Source: a virus (lineage: Duplodnaviria > Caudoviricetes). Taken from it: a DNA stretch of 60,508 bases. Both the position numbers and the translations under genes were made by a program. The notes beneath the pieces were generated by a model, which was not told the origin of the DNA, did no database searches, and was given only the letters and a program-made list of their open reading frames with translations. Shown here in pieces: positions 8,171 to 18,506 of the stretch. The DNA lies in IMG/VR virus record IMGVR_UViG_3300048836_000838, positions 1 to 60,508 of that record; one strand, written 5' to 3'. Every line of letters starts with the position of its first letter. The first letter of the stretch is position 1.

Positions 8171-9784
8171 TTACTGCTCCGCTCCTGTTCCTGCACCGAA
8201 CAGTGCATCGAAGCCGGACACAGGGCTCGCTTGGCTGGATACGTTCTCTTTGGACATCATCGCCAGCACATCTTCCCACTGCACATCAGCGGGGATGAGG
8301 CCTTTCTTCTGCGCCTCGCGGAACAAAAGCTCCTTAGGGAGGTTGCCTGCTTGGACCTGGGTAGCGATGAAGCCTTCTCCACGCTCGTCCATTGCGGCTT
8401 CGAGCTTGAGCAGTTCTTCTTCATCCTTCTCGTTGAAGCTAGGACCGAGGATGCCACGACGATACATTTCCTTCCACATAGTCGAGCGCGAGATGTCCTT
8501 GCCCTTGCGGAGTTCAAGGATCGCCTGGTACTCAGCGGCAGAAGCAGACAGGCCATGAGAAGTATTGACCGAAACGTTTGGTGCATCTAGCAGGCCTGGG
8601 GACTTCCAAAGCGTCGTGTAAACAACTGCAAGCTCAAGCGCGTCCTTCAACCCCATCGCCCAGGACTGGAGTGCGCTGGATGCTGTTGCTGTGTCCAGTG
8701 CAGCTCTGGTGGCGGACTCATCACCTGTCGACTGCTTCAGGAGCGGCTCATACGACAACAATGCGATCTGCCCTTCCAGCGCCTTCAACGAATCAGCACC
8801 AGATGCAATCGCCGCCCCAGTATGCTCAACGAACCGAAGATCGCCATGCTCATCCTGGGAGTGGATCATGGCACTTGCTCCCTGCTCAATCTTGCTGGTG
8901 CCTTCCAGGAACAACCGCTTGCCAAACAGAAGAGGGAATCGACTGTAATCGAGAATATGGTCCTGGGAGCTGGTGCTCTGGTAGTGGCGGACGCAAAGGC
9001 GCGCCATGTCGTGGAGCGGCGGAGATGCTCGAAGCGGCCCCTTGCGCTTGGTGTATACAGGGATCAATGGGATGATTGGGATCGACATCTTGAATATCTG
9101 TTCGGATTCGACTGCCCCTGCTTCGGAGCACTGGAACTCATGGCAGCTACCAAGACGGTACACACGCAGAATCTTCTTCTTCTCAAACACGAACAGCGAC
9201 GTCTCGACATCGCGGTACTGAAGAGTGCGCAATTCCACCAGAACGTTGACGCCGTTGATTCGTTCAAACTTCCAGCCGATCACTTCTGCTGCTTTCAGGA
9301 AGATCCAGTAAGGGCGACGAGTGCGCTTCTCCTTCAGCTCTGCTTCCTGGTTAGGGGCTGTGGGGAGGGACGGGAAATCGACCATGATATACGAAATGCC
9401 CTCAGCAATGGCCGCGGAGAAGACCTCCTGCGCGAATACATGGAGGTTGTTGCCTTCCATATCCACATCATCTTCGAATGCAGCCCAATCGTCGCTTGCG
9501 TCTTCGAACTTCACTTCTTTCGAGAACACACGCCCTGACAACGAGTCAACGGTGCGGCTGAACTGATTGAAGAAGGTTGCTGTGTCCAGGCGCTTCTGAT
9601 AGGCCGTGTCGTTCTCAAGCTCTTTCTGCGGAAGGTAGGTCGTGCGGGCAGCACGCAGAGCAGTGATGCCTTCCATCAAATCGCGACAAACGCCGCGCTC
9701 CCTTTCATCAACTGTCCATGCCGGGCACGGGGTTTGGGCAAGGATCGCTTGCTCTTTGGTAATGGTCGTCTGTTCCGTTGCCAT
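8171..9784 (-). CDS. Portal protein (DUF4055-type)
   Basis: 537 aa. Motifs YLPQ...AYQKRL...FFNQFSRTVDSLSGRVFSK, DVDMEGNNL, RRPYW and PPLHDMARL. Follows TerL. Confidence 0.85.
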   Translation of the reverse strand: MATEQTTITKEQAILAQTPCPAWTVDERERGVCRDLMEGITALRAARTTYLPQKELENDTAYQKRLDTATFFNQFSRTVDSLSGRVFSKEVKFEDASDDWAAFEDDVDMEGNNLHVFAQEVFSAAIAEGISYIMVDFPSLPTAPNQEAELKEKRTRRPYWIFLKAAEVIGWKFERINGVNVLVELRTLQYRDVETSLFVFEKKKILRVYRLGSCHEFQCSEAGAVESEQIFKMSIPIIPLIPVYTKRKGPLRASPPLHDMARLCVRHYQSTSSQDHILDYSRFPLLFGKRLFLEGTSKIEQGASAMIHSQDEHGDLRFVEHTGAAIASGADSLKALEGQIALLSYEPLLKQSTGDESATRAALDTATASSALQSWAMGLKDALELAVVYTTLWKSPGLLDAPNVSVNTSHGLSASAAEYQAILELRKGKDISRSTMWKEMYRRGILGPSFNEKDEEELLKLEAAMDERGEGFIATQVQAGNLPKELLFREAQKKGLIPADVQWEDVLAMMSKENVSSQASPVSGFDALFGAGTGAEQ

Positions 9785-9797
9785 GATCGTAATCCTC

Positions 9798-11312
9798 CTA
9801 GACTAGCGGGAAGGAGAAAACCTGCCCGCCTGTGTTCTTTCGTAGCTTGTTGTATGCGCCGGCGATGGCGTCGACCTGGTCTTTGAACTTGCCAAATGGG
9901 AACATTCGAAGCTCGTCTGTGAATGCTTTATTCCACGGCCCAGCAATCATCTCAACGTTCCCTGCGTTCACCTGCACCGAGAACGGATCGGCGCGGGTTA
10001 CTTTGTCACCAGTAGGATGATCTGCAAGCGCGATGAAACCATCAAGACCGCGTATAGAGATCTGGACTGAGTCCTTACCTGCTGAGCCCCCTTCTTGCTC
10101 CATGTAGATGTGAACAGCTTCTCCATCATGCCGTGCCGTCTGCACAATCCGCGCCTCTCGAATATCTGATGCCCACTGCCCCCTCTCAACATGGAAGATG
10201 CAGTACTTGCCGTTTGCGAGTTTTGCCATCTTCGCGCCTACCGTAAAGCAGCCGGCGTCTTGGGTGGCGGCTTTATCCCAGTAACGGATCGTTCTGCCTA
10301 CAACAGGCGCTGACGGCTCCGAAACCACCATGATATTATCAGGCTGGAACATGCCACCAGCAGGAGGGGTTGGGTTCTGGCCGATCTGCCCTGCGTAACC
10401 ATACTGGCCAAGGTCAGCTTCGAGCTCTTGTAGAACAGGCCAGGGCATTCGGTTTGCATCGAGCAAATCATCTTGATAGTGTGTAATCAGACCGGGCGGC
10501 TTGATCAGATCCTTGTACGCACGAGCTTCGCCTGGCAGGCAGATATGAAAAACGTTATCTTTCTGCTTGGCGAGGAGATGGCCCGTCGGATCATCTTGGT
10601 GCAATCGCTGCATAATCAGAACTGTTGAAGTGACTTGTTTGTCGACCTTACGAGTAGACAGCGTATGATCGAGCCAGCGGTTTGCAGATTTAATCTCAAC
10701 TTCGCTCACTGCACGATTCGGATCAAGCGGATCGTCGACCAGTAGGATGTGGCCATGGAAACCTGTTAGTGTGCCGCCGACCGATGTCGAGATTCTGTTT
10801 CCGCCTTGCCGGATTGCTACGAAGTTCCCTTCATCGTCGTACTCGTCGTACTGGATGCGGAAGTTGGACTTGGTATCCTTGTCCATCTTGATCTGGAGAT
10901 GTGGGAACAGATCACGAAATTTCTTAGAGCGGATGATGTCTCGGGAGTATTCACCGAGTTCGAGTGACAAGGCGGCTGCATATGATATGGTAATGAACTT
11001 CAGGTGCGGCCAGTTGGTCCACGCCCATGCTGGAAACATAACTGAGCAGGTAATCGATTTGGTTGTGCCCGGAGGAATGTTGACGATCATATCATGCTCT
11101 TTCGGCAGCCCGTTCCCTGCGCGGTGAGCGATGCGCATCAACTGCGAACACAGATAAGGGATGTGCCAGTTCCACGAAGGCACGTCTCCGCTCACCTCGC
11201 TCCAGAACGTTTTCATGAAGTAGAACAAGGATCGCCGGCACAGCTCCGCCTCAACGTTAAGTGGACGAGAGAATGCTTTGCGAACCAGATCGGCCTTATT
11301 GCGAATCGGCAT
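9798..11312 (-). CDS. terL: Terminase large subunit
   Basis: ATPase motifs IVNIPPGTTKS, LLVDDP and IMQRLHQDD. Nuclease motifs YWDKA and FPFGKFKDQVDA. Confidence 0.95.
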   Translation of the reverse strand: MPIRNKADLVRKAFSRPLNVEAELCRRSLFYFMKTFWSEVSGDVPSWNWHIPYLCSQLMRIAHRAGNGLPKEHDMIVNIPPGTTKSITCSVMFPAWAWTNWPHLKFITISYAAALSLELGEYSRDIIRSKKFRDLFPHLQIKMDKDTKSNFRIQYDEYDDEGNFVAIRQGGNRISTSVGGTLTGFHGHILLVDDPLDPNRAVSEVEIKSANRWLDHTLSTRKVDKQVTSTVLIMQRLHQDDPTGHLLAKQKDNVFHICLPGEARAYKDLIKPPGLITHYQDDLLDANRMPWPVLQELEADLGQYGYAGQIGQNPTPPAGGMFQPDNIMVVSEPSAPVVGRTIRYWDKAATQDAGCFTVGAKMAKLANGKYCIFHVERGQWASDIREARIVQTARHDGEAVHIYMEQEGGSAGKDSVQISIRGLDGFIALADHPTGDKVTRADPFSVQVNAGNVEMIAGPWNKAFTDELRMFPFGKFKDQVDAIAGAYNKLRKNTGGQVFSFPLV

Positions 11313-12033
11313 AGTGTTCCTCTTCCAGTGCGAGCAGATCTGTCACACACTCATCAATCCCGCACGGATTCTCGTCCGTTGCCATCATCTTGCGAAGAAC
11401 TCGAAGCTCTTCTGTCGATAACGATCCCAGATTGAGCTTGTTGTCGTTTATCTGTACGCTGTTTCCATTACCTTTAACAACGGTGCAGTTGTTGTACTGG
11501 ACTGACAGCGCCGAAGCTCGTTCTGGTGCAAGTAATCCCAGGTGCGTCATAATGGTCTTGAGTGCCTGGAGTTTGTCGTACGTCTTGTACTTCACATTGG
11601 CTGTTCCATCTTTGGACACTCTCACATCGATCTCGCTGATTGCTGCTCGCACTCCTACTGGGAGCTCATCAGGTCGTCGAAGTTGCCCGTCTTGGTTGTA
11701 CAGTTGCCCTGCATCAAAGAACGCGATTCGAGAAAGCTCTGTTATTACTCGATCTGCTGTTACCTTGGTGCGCTGTACTCTCTGTTCGATAGCCTCTGCG
11801 AGATACTCTTGTACTCTCGGACTGGATAGAACTGCGAGTGCTGCTCTTTCCTGATCTTGTTTCGTTGCCCTGATCGTAGTGTACTTCGCTTTGATTGCTG
11901 CGCCCACTGCATCGAGATCAGTTAGATACTCGTGCACGAAGATCACTTCCTGTGCTCGAAAGTCTCTGAGTCGCTCGATATGGCCTGCAAGACCTGTACT
12001 CGATCTGGGAGGGAATTTGGTTCTTCTTCTCAT
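11296..12033 (-). CDS. terS: Terminase small subunit
   Basis: FVHEYLTDLDAVGAAIKAKY, VTADRVITELSRIAF and YDKLQAL. Lies upstream of terL. Confidence 0.88.
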   Translation of the reverse strand: MRRRTKFPPRSSTGLAGHIERLRDFRAQEVIFVHEYLTDLDAVGAAIKAKYTTIRATKQDQERAALAVLSSPRVQEYLAEAIEQRVQRTKVTADRVITELSRIAFFDAGQLYNQDGQLRRPDELPVGVRAAISEIDVRVSKDGTANVKYKTYDKLQALKTIMTHLGLLAPERASALSVQYNNCTVVKGNGNSVQINDNKLNLGSLSTEELRVLRKMMATDENPCGIDECVTDLLALEEEHYADSQ

Positions 12034-12181
12034 ACTTTGGGCCTCTATGTACTTGATCGCTGGAAGTCAACTTGTTTCGGACGTATTTTTACCGTAAAAA
12101 AATTACAGTATGTATTACGGTTTCCTACCCAATAGATAGAAAAGTTCCATAGAAAAATACAAAATAATTCGAGTAAACCCA

Positions 12182-12210
12182 TTGACTTTCTCGAGTTTAC
12201 ACATTACAAA
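12182..12210 (+). promoter_or_regulatory. Sigma70-like promoter for the rightward early arm, in the AT-rich divergent region
   Basis: TTGACT-N17-TACAAA, with an AT-rich segment upstream. Confidence 0.45.
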
Positions 12211-12313
12211 TGCGTTGCATTTGGAGGTTGTTTTAGGCGGTAGGCGCCACAAAGAGGCAGGATTCGCTACCCTGCACTCTCGCTTCACACACAACAAACC
12301 ACGGAGACCCAAC

Positions 12314-13375
12314 ATGTCATCTTACACAGAAATCACCGAAACTGCCCTTGTCGTAAAGAGTGACTGGTCGAATAAGGCCGTCATGCAATTCCATTATTTC
12401 AATCCCAACGGTCTTTATGCCGCGAAGAAGCGCGTCGATGAGCAGATCAGTAAGCTCGTTGATCAGGGGAAGTGCCAGTCGGGTGCCATTTTCGCTTATG
12501 GCTCGCTCAATCGTTACGCCGCAGATAAGATCGCTGATCTCGCGATGAAGAAGAAGGTCGGCCGGATCGAAAGCATGGTCGCAATCGAGATGATGATGGA
12601 TGCTATCAGCTCCGCCGAAAAGTTCATCGGCGGGATCATGGAAGAGACCAGAAAGGCCGCGCTGCTCAATCCGAAGGCCGCTGAGAAGGAAACGCCTGAA
12701 GCGGTGAAGAGAATTGCCGGCGAGATTCTGGGCCTGGAAACACTGGAAACCAGGAACAGTGACAGCCTGGACTTTCACGAACTGGCAGTCTGGAACATCG
12801 AAGACGCACTTATCGCCGCTTACGAAGCTGGTTTGAAGGCTGATGCTGAAGCCGTCGGAAATCGCGACGGGAAGACCTACACTCTGCACGTTACAGCAGG
12901 GCCGGCATATCTCAAGGAAGATGGATGGGAAAATCTTACCAACCTCGTCGACTACGCAATGACTGAACATAGCACCGGCGAACTCGGCTTCCTGCAAGAA
13001 GATCGGTCATACAAGAATTACCTGGTTGACGGAATGTACATCATGGAAGATGGCAGCGATTCTGAAGACCCAATTTGGTCCTGGTATCCTGAGAAGGTCG
13101 AGGAGCCGGTCAAGGCCGTTACGCCGCTGCAGCTTGCCATGCTCGAAAAGATCGCCTTCGACGAATTCACCGCCGCTAACGGCAGCATGCCTGAGAATCA
13201 CCGCGACACAGAAACCTGGGCAGACCAGATCATCGAAACGTCGCAGGATAAGGGCGTCTTCACATCCTTGCTCAACGCCGAGCTTGTCTGGCACAGCGGT
13301 ACCGGTCGTGAAGCAGGCGTCGGTCTCACCGAAGAAGGGTACAAGGTCTTCCGCGCAACCACCAAGAAGAACTAA
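12314..13375 (+). CDS. Multidomain early protein containing a DUF6900-like segment
   Basis: ATG at 12314 after a GGAG RBS. Contains LGLETLETRNSDSLDFHELAVWNIEDALIAAYEAG. Confidence 0.7.
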   Translation: MSSYTEITETALVVKSDWSNKAVMQFHYFNPNGLYAAKKRVDEQISKLVDQGKCQSGAIFAYGSLNRYAADKIADLAMKKKVGRIESMVAIEMMMDAISSAEKFIGGIMEETRKAALLNPKAAEKETPEAVKRIAGEILGLETLETRNSDSLDFHELAVWNIEDALIAAYEAGLKADAEAVGNRDGKTYTLHVTAGPAYLKEDGWENLTNLVDYAMTEHSTGELGFLQEDRSYKNYLVDGMYIMEDGSDSEDPIWSWYPEKVEEPVKAVTPLQLAMLEKIAFDEFTAANGSMPENHRDTETWADQIIETSQDKGVFTSLLNAELVWHSGTGREAGVGLTEEGYKVFRATTKKN

Positions 13376-13381
13376 AGGAGA

Positions 13382-13720
13382 ATGATCATGGCACTCGCAT
13401 CCGTTTACAAGAGCAACCTGAATACGGCCCATCCTTGGGCCGTACAGATCAAGGCCGATCCTTCTCAGGGCATCAAGGGCGGTCGTTTCGGATTCTGGTC
13501 GACCAAGAAGAAGGCGCAGGCCTGGGCTGACGAGTTCAACAAAATTCACCCCATCGATTTCAAGGTTGGGGACGAAGTCAAGTTCTACGAAGGGGACGAC
13601 CTGAACGTGTCTTACGGAACCGTCACTTGTGTTAGGGCAGACACCTGCTTCGTACAGGTCAAGGGATACGAACAGGATCACACGTACCAGGTCAAGAAGA
13701 GCCAGCTCAACTACAACTGA
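13382..13720 (+). CDS. Hypothetical protein with SH3/KOW-like C-terminus
   Basis: AAGGAG RBS; motif DFKVGDEVKF...GTVTCV. Confidence 0.65.
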   Translation: MIMALASVYKSNLNTAHPWAVQIKADPSQGIKGGRFGFWSTKKKAQAWADEFNKIHPIDFKVGDEVKFYEGDDLNVSYGTVTCVRADTCFVQVKGYEQDHTYQVKKSQLNYN

Positions 13721-13726
13721 CCCAGA

Positions 13727-13744
13727 GGGGCTTCGGCCCCTTTC
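13727..13744 (+). terminator. Hairpin, possible intrinsic terminator
   Basis: GGGGC-TTCG-GCCCC followed by TTTC. Confidence 0.55.
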
Positions 13745-13758
13745 AAAGGAGGAGCATC

Positions 13759-14142
13759 ATGGAACGGAGATGGTTTTACAAAGGAAACAGAGAACTCGCC
13801 CCGATGGCAATCTCACTCTCAATGGCGACGGGATCCCTTGCCGGCAAGGTAATTGAATCACACCTCGACGAAAACGACGAAATGGTAATTGATTCGGAAT
13901 GCGAAGTCTGCCGCGCAGGTCACCACGACACAACCTACACCCTTTACACAGAGGATGATGATCATGAAGTTTCTCACACAGAATTTCCTTCCTTGTACCA
14001 AGTCGCCAAATTACACTCCGGCGGGTTCTTTCGCGTCCTGGCTCAGGATTCAGCCTCGAAGGATGATGTACAGCACCTTCTCCTCCGCACTCCGAAGGGC
14101 GATTTGTGGTACCCGATCGAACAGGTATCGCCTACCTTATAG
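13759..14142 (+). CDS. Hypothetical protein
   Basis: 127 aa with an AAGGAGGAG RBS. Confidence 0.65.
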   Translation: MERRWFYKGNRELAPMAISLSMATGSLAGKVIESHLDENDEMVIDSECEVCRAGHHDTTYTLYTEDDDHEVSHTEFPSLYQVAKLHSGGFFRVLAQDSASKDDVQHLLLRTPKGDLWYPIEQVSPTL

Positions 14143-14239
14143 CAAGTGGGATGTGGTGCTCGAAGGAATCGGAACAGTTTTCATTCTCATACTAATCGCC
14201 GCGTTCATGATCGTCGGCCAAGCACTCTAGGAGAACAAA

Positions 14240-14542
14240 ATGAATGCACAAGACGCCCTGCTCGAAGTTGATCACCTGAACGACCATCTTATCTTCCTTG
14301 CCGAATGCTGGAAGGAGGAGCCGAACAAGTCAGAATGGCCCTTTTACGAGGCCAAGATACGGAAGATGTTCCCGCGAGTCTTGATTGAGAAAGTTACACA
14401 GCGGCCTTTCGGATTTATCATCAGGGCGGAGGATCAGCGCCTCCAGATCAAGTATCTGATGCACAATCCGAAAGTTGCGCGGACGGCAGTCTTCTCACCC
14501 ATCGGCCGCGCCGCACAGAAAAAGGCCCGCGCCTCCAAATAA
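14240..14542 (+). CDS. Hypothetical protein
   Basis: 100 aa with an AGGAG RBS. Confidence 0.6.
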   Translation: MNAQDALLEVDHLNDHLIFLAECWKEEPNKSEWPFYEAKIRKMFPRVLIEKVTQRPFGFIIRAEDQRLQIKYLMHNPKVARTAVFSPIGRAAQKKARASK

Positions 14543-14579
14543 CCTGTAACTAGCATCAAACCATCAAGGAGCTGCTATC

Positions 14580-16676
14580 ATGAAAGCCACTATCTTCCGC
14601 ACCAAGCAATACTTCGCCAACGAAAAGAACATCCCAATTCTGTTTGCGGCCATCGTCCTTAAAGAAACTGAGAAAGCCGCGTACGTATACGGACAAGGCA
14701 CAACGGAAGTTACCCAGTTTGGGATCTGCATGAGATGCGGAAGGAAGCTCACACACCCCGTCAGTGTTGCTCTCGGCATTGGACCCGAATGCGGCGGTCA
14801 CTGGCACAACTGGGATGCCATCGGCGGATACAACGAAGAAAACATCGGCCGGCTCAAGAAGGCCGTCGCAGAAATCAAGGTCGATTGCTGGCTGCCGAAG
14901 ACGGCGCTGAAGGAGATGGGGCCTTCTGATCTTGAAATTCTCTACCCCGGCGACCATCCTCTCTTCCAGAAGTCAACCACAGCCAGGAAAGAGCCCCAGA
15001 AGAAGCTGGTGGACATGTTGCCTGGGGAAGCAATTCCAACCTTCAAGGTCACGTTTCCATTTAACGAGGCCGACCTCAACACAGTGAAGGGCATGCCAAA
15101 CCGCCGCTGGGACAGCACCAACCACTGGTGGACGCTCCCTGCCGATGTCCATCGTGCTAACGAGCTCCTCCTCATGGGGTTCGAGCACACCGAATCCGTC
15201 CGTGAATGGATCAAGGAAGAAACAGCGACCATCTTCCTGAAGCCCGTGCAGATCGAAACACTGAAAGGAGCGCTCAGGCCATTCCAGCAAGAAGGTGTCG
15301 CATTCCTTCAGGCCAAGAAAGGTCGTGCACTCATCGGCGATGAGATGGGTCTTGGTAAAACGGTTCAAGCGCTTGCCTGGCTGGAAGCAAATCCGCAAGC
15401 ACGACCGGCAGTCATCGTCGTTCCTGCTTCGCTCAAGCTCAACTGGGAAAGGGAGGCAAGGAAGTGGATGAGCCAGCCCCGGACCCAGGTGATCTCAGGA
15501 AGATACAACCCCGCAGCGCCATTGCACGGTGATATCGTAATCATCAACTACGACATCCTGGCCAACGCCAGAGAGACCACCAAAGACCGCGCCACAGGCA
15601 AGAAGGTGTACAAAGTGCTGCCAGGAACCGGATGGGTCGATCATCTTGTCAAGTACGGCTGCAAGGCTGTCATCCTCGATGAAGCGCACAACATCAAGGA
15701 ATCATCCACCTTCAAGACACAGGACGTCAAAAAGCTGTGCAAGAAAGCCGCACACCTGATTGCTCTCACAGGCACGCCGATCATCAACAGACCGATTGAG
15801 CTTTACAACGTTTTCTCACTCATTAAACCAGGGATGTTTGCCAACCGGCACGAATTCGGAGTTCGCTACTGCGCCGCCAAGCACGATGGCTTCGGCTGGA
15901 ACTACTCCGGTGCAAGTAACACCGAAGAGCTTTACGAGAAACTGAAAAGCACCATCATGCTTCGCCGACTCAAGAAGGATGTTCTCAAAGAGCTGCCTGC
16001 TAAGACCCGGACAGTCATTCCGCTTGAGATTCAGAATGAAACTGAGTACAAGAAAGCCCAGGACGACATGATCTCCTGGATCCGCCAAACCAAGGGGCAG
16101 AAAGCAGCAGAACGCGCTAGTGGAGCAGAAGCGCTGGTGCGCCTGGAGATGCTCAAGCAACTAGCAGTGGCAGGTAAGACCAAAGAAGCCGTTGCCTGGA
16201 TTCATCAGTTTATGGAAACCAGTGAAAAGCTTATCCTCTTCGGCGTTCATCAAAATGTCATTGCTGCTCTCACAGTTGCGCTAAAGAGATACAATCCGGT
16301 CGTCATTGACGGAAACAAAACAGCAACCCAACGACAGGCCGCTGTCGACGCCTTCCAGAACGACCCCAGCTGCCGCATATTCATCGGCAACATCAAGGCC
16401 GCAGGTGTTGGTCTCACATTAACCGCCGCATCGGCAGTGGCTTTCTTGGAGCTGGGGTGGACACCCGGGGAACATGATCAAGCCGAAGACAGGGCGCATC
16501 GCATCGGACAGCGCGACAACGTCCAGATCTTCTACCTGCTCGCAGAAAACACAATCGAAGAAGATATTGCCACCATGCTCGACGCCAAGCGGGAAAACAT
16601 CTCCCGCGCAATCGACGGGCAGGAAGCCGAAGAAAATACACTGCTCACAAACCTTCTCAACAACCTCGCAGCCTAG
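14580..16676 (+). CDS. SNF2/SMARCAL1-like helicase with an N-terminal DUF6011-like zinc motif
   Basis: Helicase motifs LIGDEMGLGKT, VILDEAH, LTGTPIINRP, GVGLTLT and QAEDRAHRIGQ. N-terminal CMRCGRKLTHPVSVALGIGPEC. Confidence 0.9.
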   Translation: MKATIFRTKQYFANEKNIPILFAAIVLKETEKAAYVYGQGTTEVTQFGICMRCGRKLTHPVSVALGIGPECGGHWHNWDAIGGYNEENIGRLKKAVAEIKVDCWLPKTALKEMGPSDLEILYPGDHPLFQKSTTARKEPQKKLVDMLPGEAIPTFKVTFPFNEADLNTVKGMPNRRWDSTNHWWTLPADVHRANELLLMGFEHTESVREWIKEETATIFLKPVQIETLKGALRPFQQEGVAFLQAKKGRALIGDEMGLGKTVQALAWLEANPQARPAVIVVPASLKLNWEREARKWMSQPRTQVISGRYNPAAPLHGDIVIINYDILANARETTKDRATGKKVYKVLPGTGWVDHLVKYGCKAVILDEAHNIKESSTFKTQDVKKLCKKAAHLIALTGTPIINRPIELYNVFSLIKPGMFANRHEFGVRYCAAKHDGFGWNYSGASNTEELYEKLKSTIMLRRLKKDVLKELPAKTRTVIPLEIQNETEYKKAQDDMISWIRQTKGQKAAERASGAEALVRLEMLKQLAVAGKTKEAVAWIHQFMETSEKLILFGVHQNVIAALTVALKRYNPVVIDGNKTATQRQAAVDAFQNDPSCRIFIGNIKAAGVGLTLTAASAVAFLELGWTPGEHDQAEDRAHRIGQRDNVQIFYLLAENTIEEDIATMLDAKRENISRAIDGQEAEENTLLTNLLNNLAA

Positions 16677-16689
16677 GAGAAATGCTCAA

Positions 16690-17160
16690 ATGAACGCAAT
16701 CGCAATCGCACACAAGCTGGCGCTTTCGTATAACAGAACGACAGGCATCGAGGTTGAGGAATTGGTAAGTGAGGCGTACTTGGAATATCTGATCTGGGAG
16801 CCGCAGTACAATCCCGAGAAAAGTGCCAAGTCAACCTTCGCGTGGATGGTGATGGAAGGGAAGATGAAGGACATGGCGGCCCGGGCCAAGAAGGCGCCGA
16901 TCGCTGACAGCGATTTCATTGATACATGCAGCACAGCAATCGGCAACCCTGAAACCCGGTATCTGTTCATCGACTCCCTCAAGGAGCTCAGTACAGATGC
17001 TTTCGAGGTCTGCCAGATGATCTTCGAAGCGCCGATGGACTTCATTCAGGACACACCTCGCGCATCCAGAAAGACACTCGCCGACTTCCTCAGAAACGAA
17101 GGGTGGACTTTCATCCGGATCGAAAACGTAATCAGAGAACTCAAACACTTTCTCGCATAG
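16690..17160 (+). CDS. Phage sigma factor-like transcription protein
   Basis: Region-2-like segment EELVSEAYLEY...YNPEKSAKSTFAW; AGGAG RBS. Confidence 0.6.
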   Translation: MNAIAIAHKLALSYNRTTGIEVEELVSEAYLEYLIWEPQYNPEKSAKSTFAWMVMEGKMKDMAARAKKAPIADSDFIDTCSTAIGNPETRYLFIDSLKELSTDAFEVCQMIFEAPMDFIQDTPRASRKTLADFLRNEGWTFIRIENVIRELKHFLA

Positions 17161-17168
17161 GAGTCGCG

Positions 17169-17501
17169 ATGACAATCAGAGTTAGAAAGACAACCCCGCC
17201 ACCATTGGAACCGCAGCCACCTCGAATTCGCCAGAGAAAACCAGGCGAGACGGCTTGGACTAAAGAAGAGGAAGCGATGATGCCGCACAAGTGGTATCCT
17301 GGTTACATGCCAAATCCGCCTGAAACCTGCACCAGGAAACGGGAGATGATAGACAGGATGAAGCGCGGGTATATCAGCAACATGATCTGCGAAGAGTGCC
17401 GAGAGCAAGGTCGCTGTAAGCGCCGGCAGGAGTTCAAGGCCGAGTGGAAAAAGTGGAAGAAGGATCACCGCAAGGTCGAAGAAGAGAATAAGGACGCCTA
17501 A
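17169..17501 (+). CDS. Hypothetical basic Cys-containing protein
   Basis: AGGAG RBS; ICEECREQGRC; stop overlaps the primase start. Confidence 0.55.
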   Translation: MTIRVRKTTPPPLEPQPPRIRQRKPGETAWTKEEEAMMPHKWYPGYMPNPPETCTRKREMIDRMKRGYISNMICEECREQGRCKRRQEFKAEWKKWKKDHRKVEEENKDA

Positions 17502-18430
17502 TGGACATCCTGGCCATGCTACAAGAGAACGGAGTCGAGGTTCTCACATCCGGCCACAAACACTGCAGGAGCGGGTGGGCAAACATGGCCTGCCCCTTCT
17601 GCACAGGCAACCCCGGATACCACCTCGGACTCACCATGGACAAGCCACACCACTTCGTCTGCTGGCGATGTGGGAGCAAGCCCTATTACTTAGCTCTATC
17701 GAAGGTATTGGGATGCTCTATCGATAAGGCCAAGGAGATAAATCGAACCTATCTCGGCACTGTTGCGCGAACGCCAGAAAAGAAACGAGCAATCCGAACC
17801 AAGGCACACAAACTACCATCCGACACAGGACCTATGGAACAGCGACACCACAACTATCTCCGGAAACGAGGATTTGACTCTGAGGCCCTGGAGGAGCGGT
17901 GGGGCTTGCTTGGTACTGGGCCATGTAGCAAACAAGATTTCGCATCCTACGCACACCGCATACTCGCGCCAATTATGTGGGATGGCAAGCAGGTCTCCTT
18001 CCAGGCACGCGACATTACAAACAAGTCGGATACCAAATACAAGGCCTGCGCAATCGACCGCGAGCTCATCCATCACAAACACATCCTCTACACACATCCT
18101 GAAATCGACTGGAACTCGGTGGTGATTATCGTCGAAGGCATCACGGATGTGTGGCGGTTGGGGGTTCAGGCAGCTGGTACTTTTGGAATCTCGTTCACAG
18201 CCGAACAGGTCCGGATGATCGCCCGGAAGCTCAAAACAGGATGCCGGAAAGCTGTGGTACTCTTCGACGACGAAACCCAGGCCCAAGCGCAAGCACGCAA
18301 GCTCGTTTCTGAGCTTCAGTTCCGAGGAATTGACTGCAAACAGCACACTATCGCCGGGGACCCAGGCGGCATGGACCAGTCAGAAGTCCCTGCATTGTTA
18401 GATTTCCTGACCTATAGGATTTGGCTATAG
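17501..18430 (+). CDS. DNA primase (zinc finger plus TOPRIM)
   Basis: CPFC...CWRC zinc motif, SFQARDI, IIVEGITDVW and VLFDDE. Confidence 0.88.
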   Translation: MDILAMLQENGVEVLTSGHKHCRSGWANMACPFCTGNPGYHLGLTMDKPHHFVCWRCGSKPYYLALSKVLGCSIDKAKEINRTYLGTVARTPEKKRAIRTKAHKLPSDTGPMEQRHHNYLRKRGFDSEALEERWGLLGTGPCSKQDFASYAHRILAPIMWDGKQVSFQARDITNKSDTKYKACAIDRELIHHKHILYTHPEIDWNSVVIIVEGITDVWRLGVQAAGTFGISFTAEQVRMIARKLKTGCRKAVVLFDDETQAQAQARKLVSELQFRGIDCKQHTIAGDPGGMDQSEVPALLDFLTYRIWL

Positions 18431-18459
18431 GAATGATAGAAAAGTTAAATGCCATGAGT

Positions 18460-18499
18460 TTGACTCGGTACTTGACTTTCCAACTTGTACCCTTATGTT
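18460..18499 (+). promoter_or_regulatory. Promoter of the c4-like RNA and initiator gene
   Basis: TTGACTCGGT-AC-TTGACTTT-N14-TATGTT, the same arrangement as at 3685-3723. Confidence 0.6.
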
Positions 18500-18506
18500 A
18501 GAAGGT

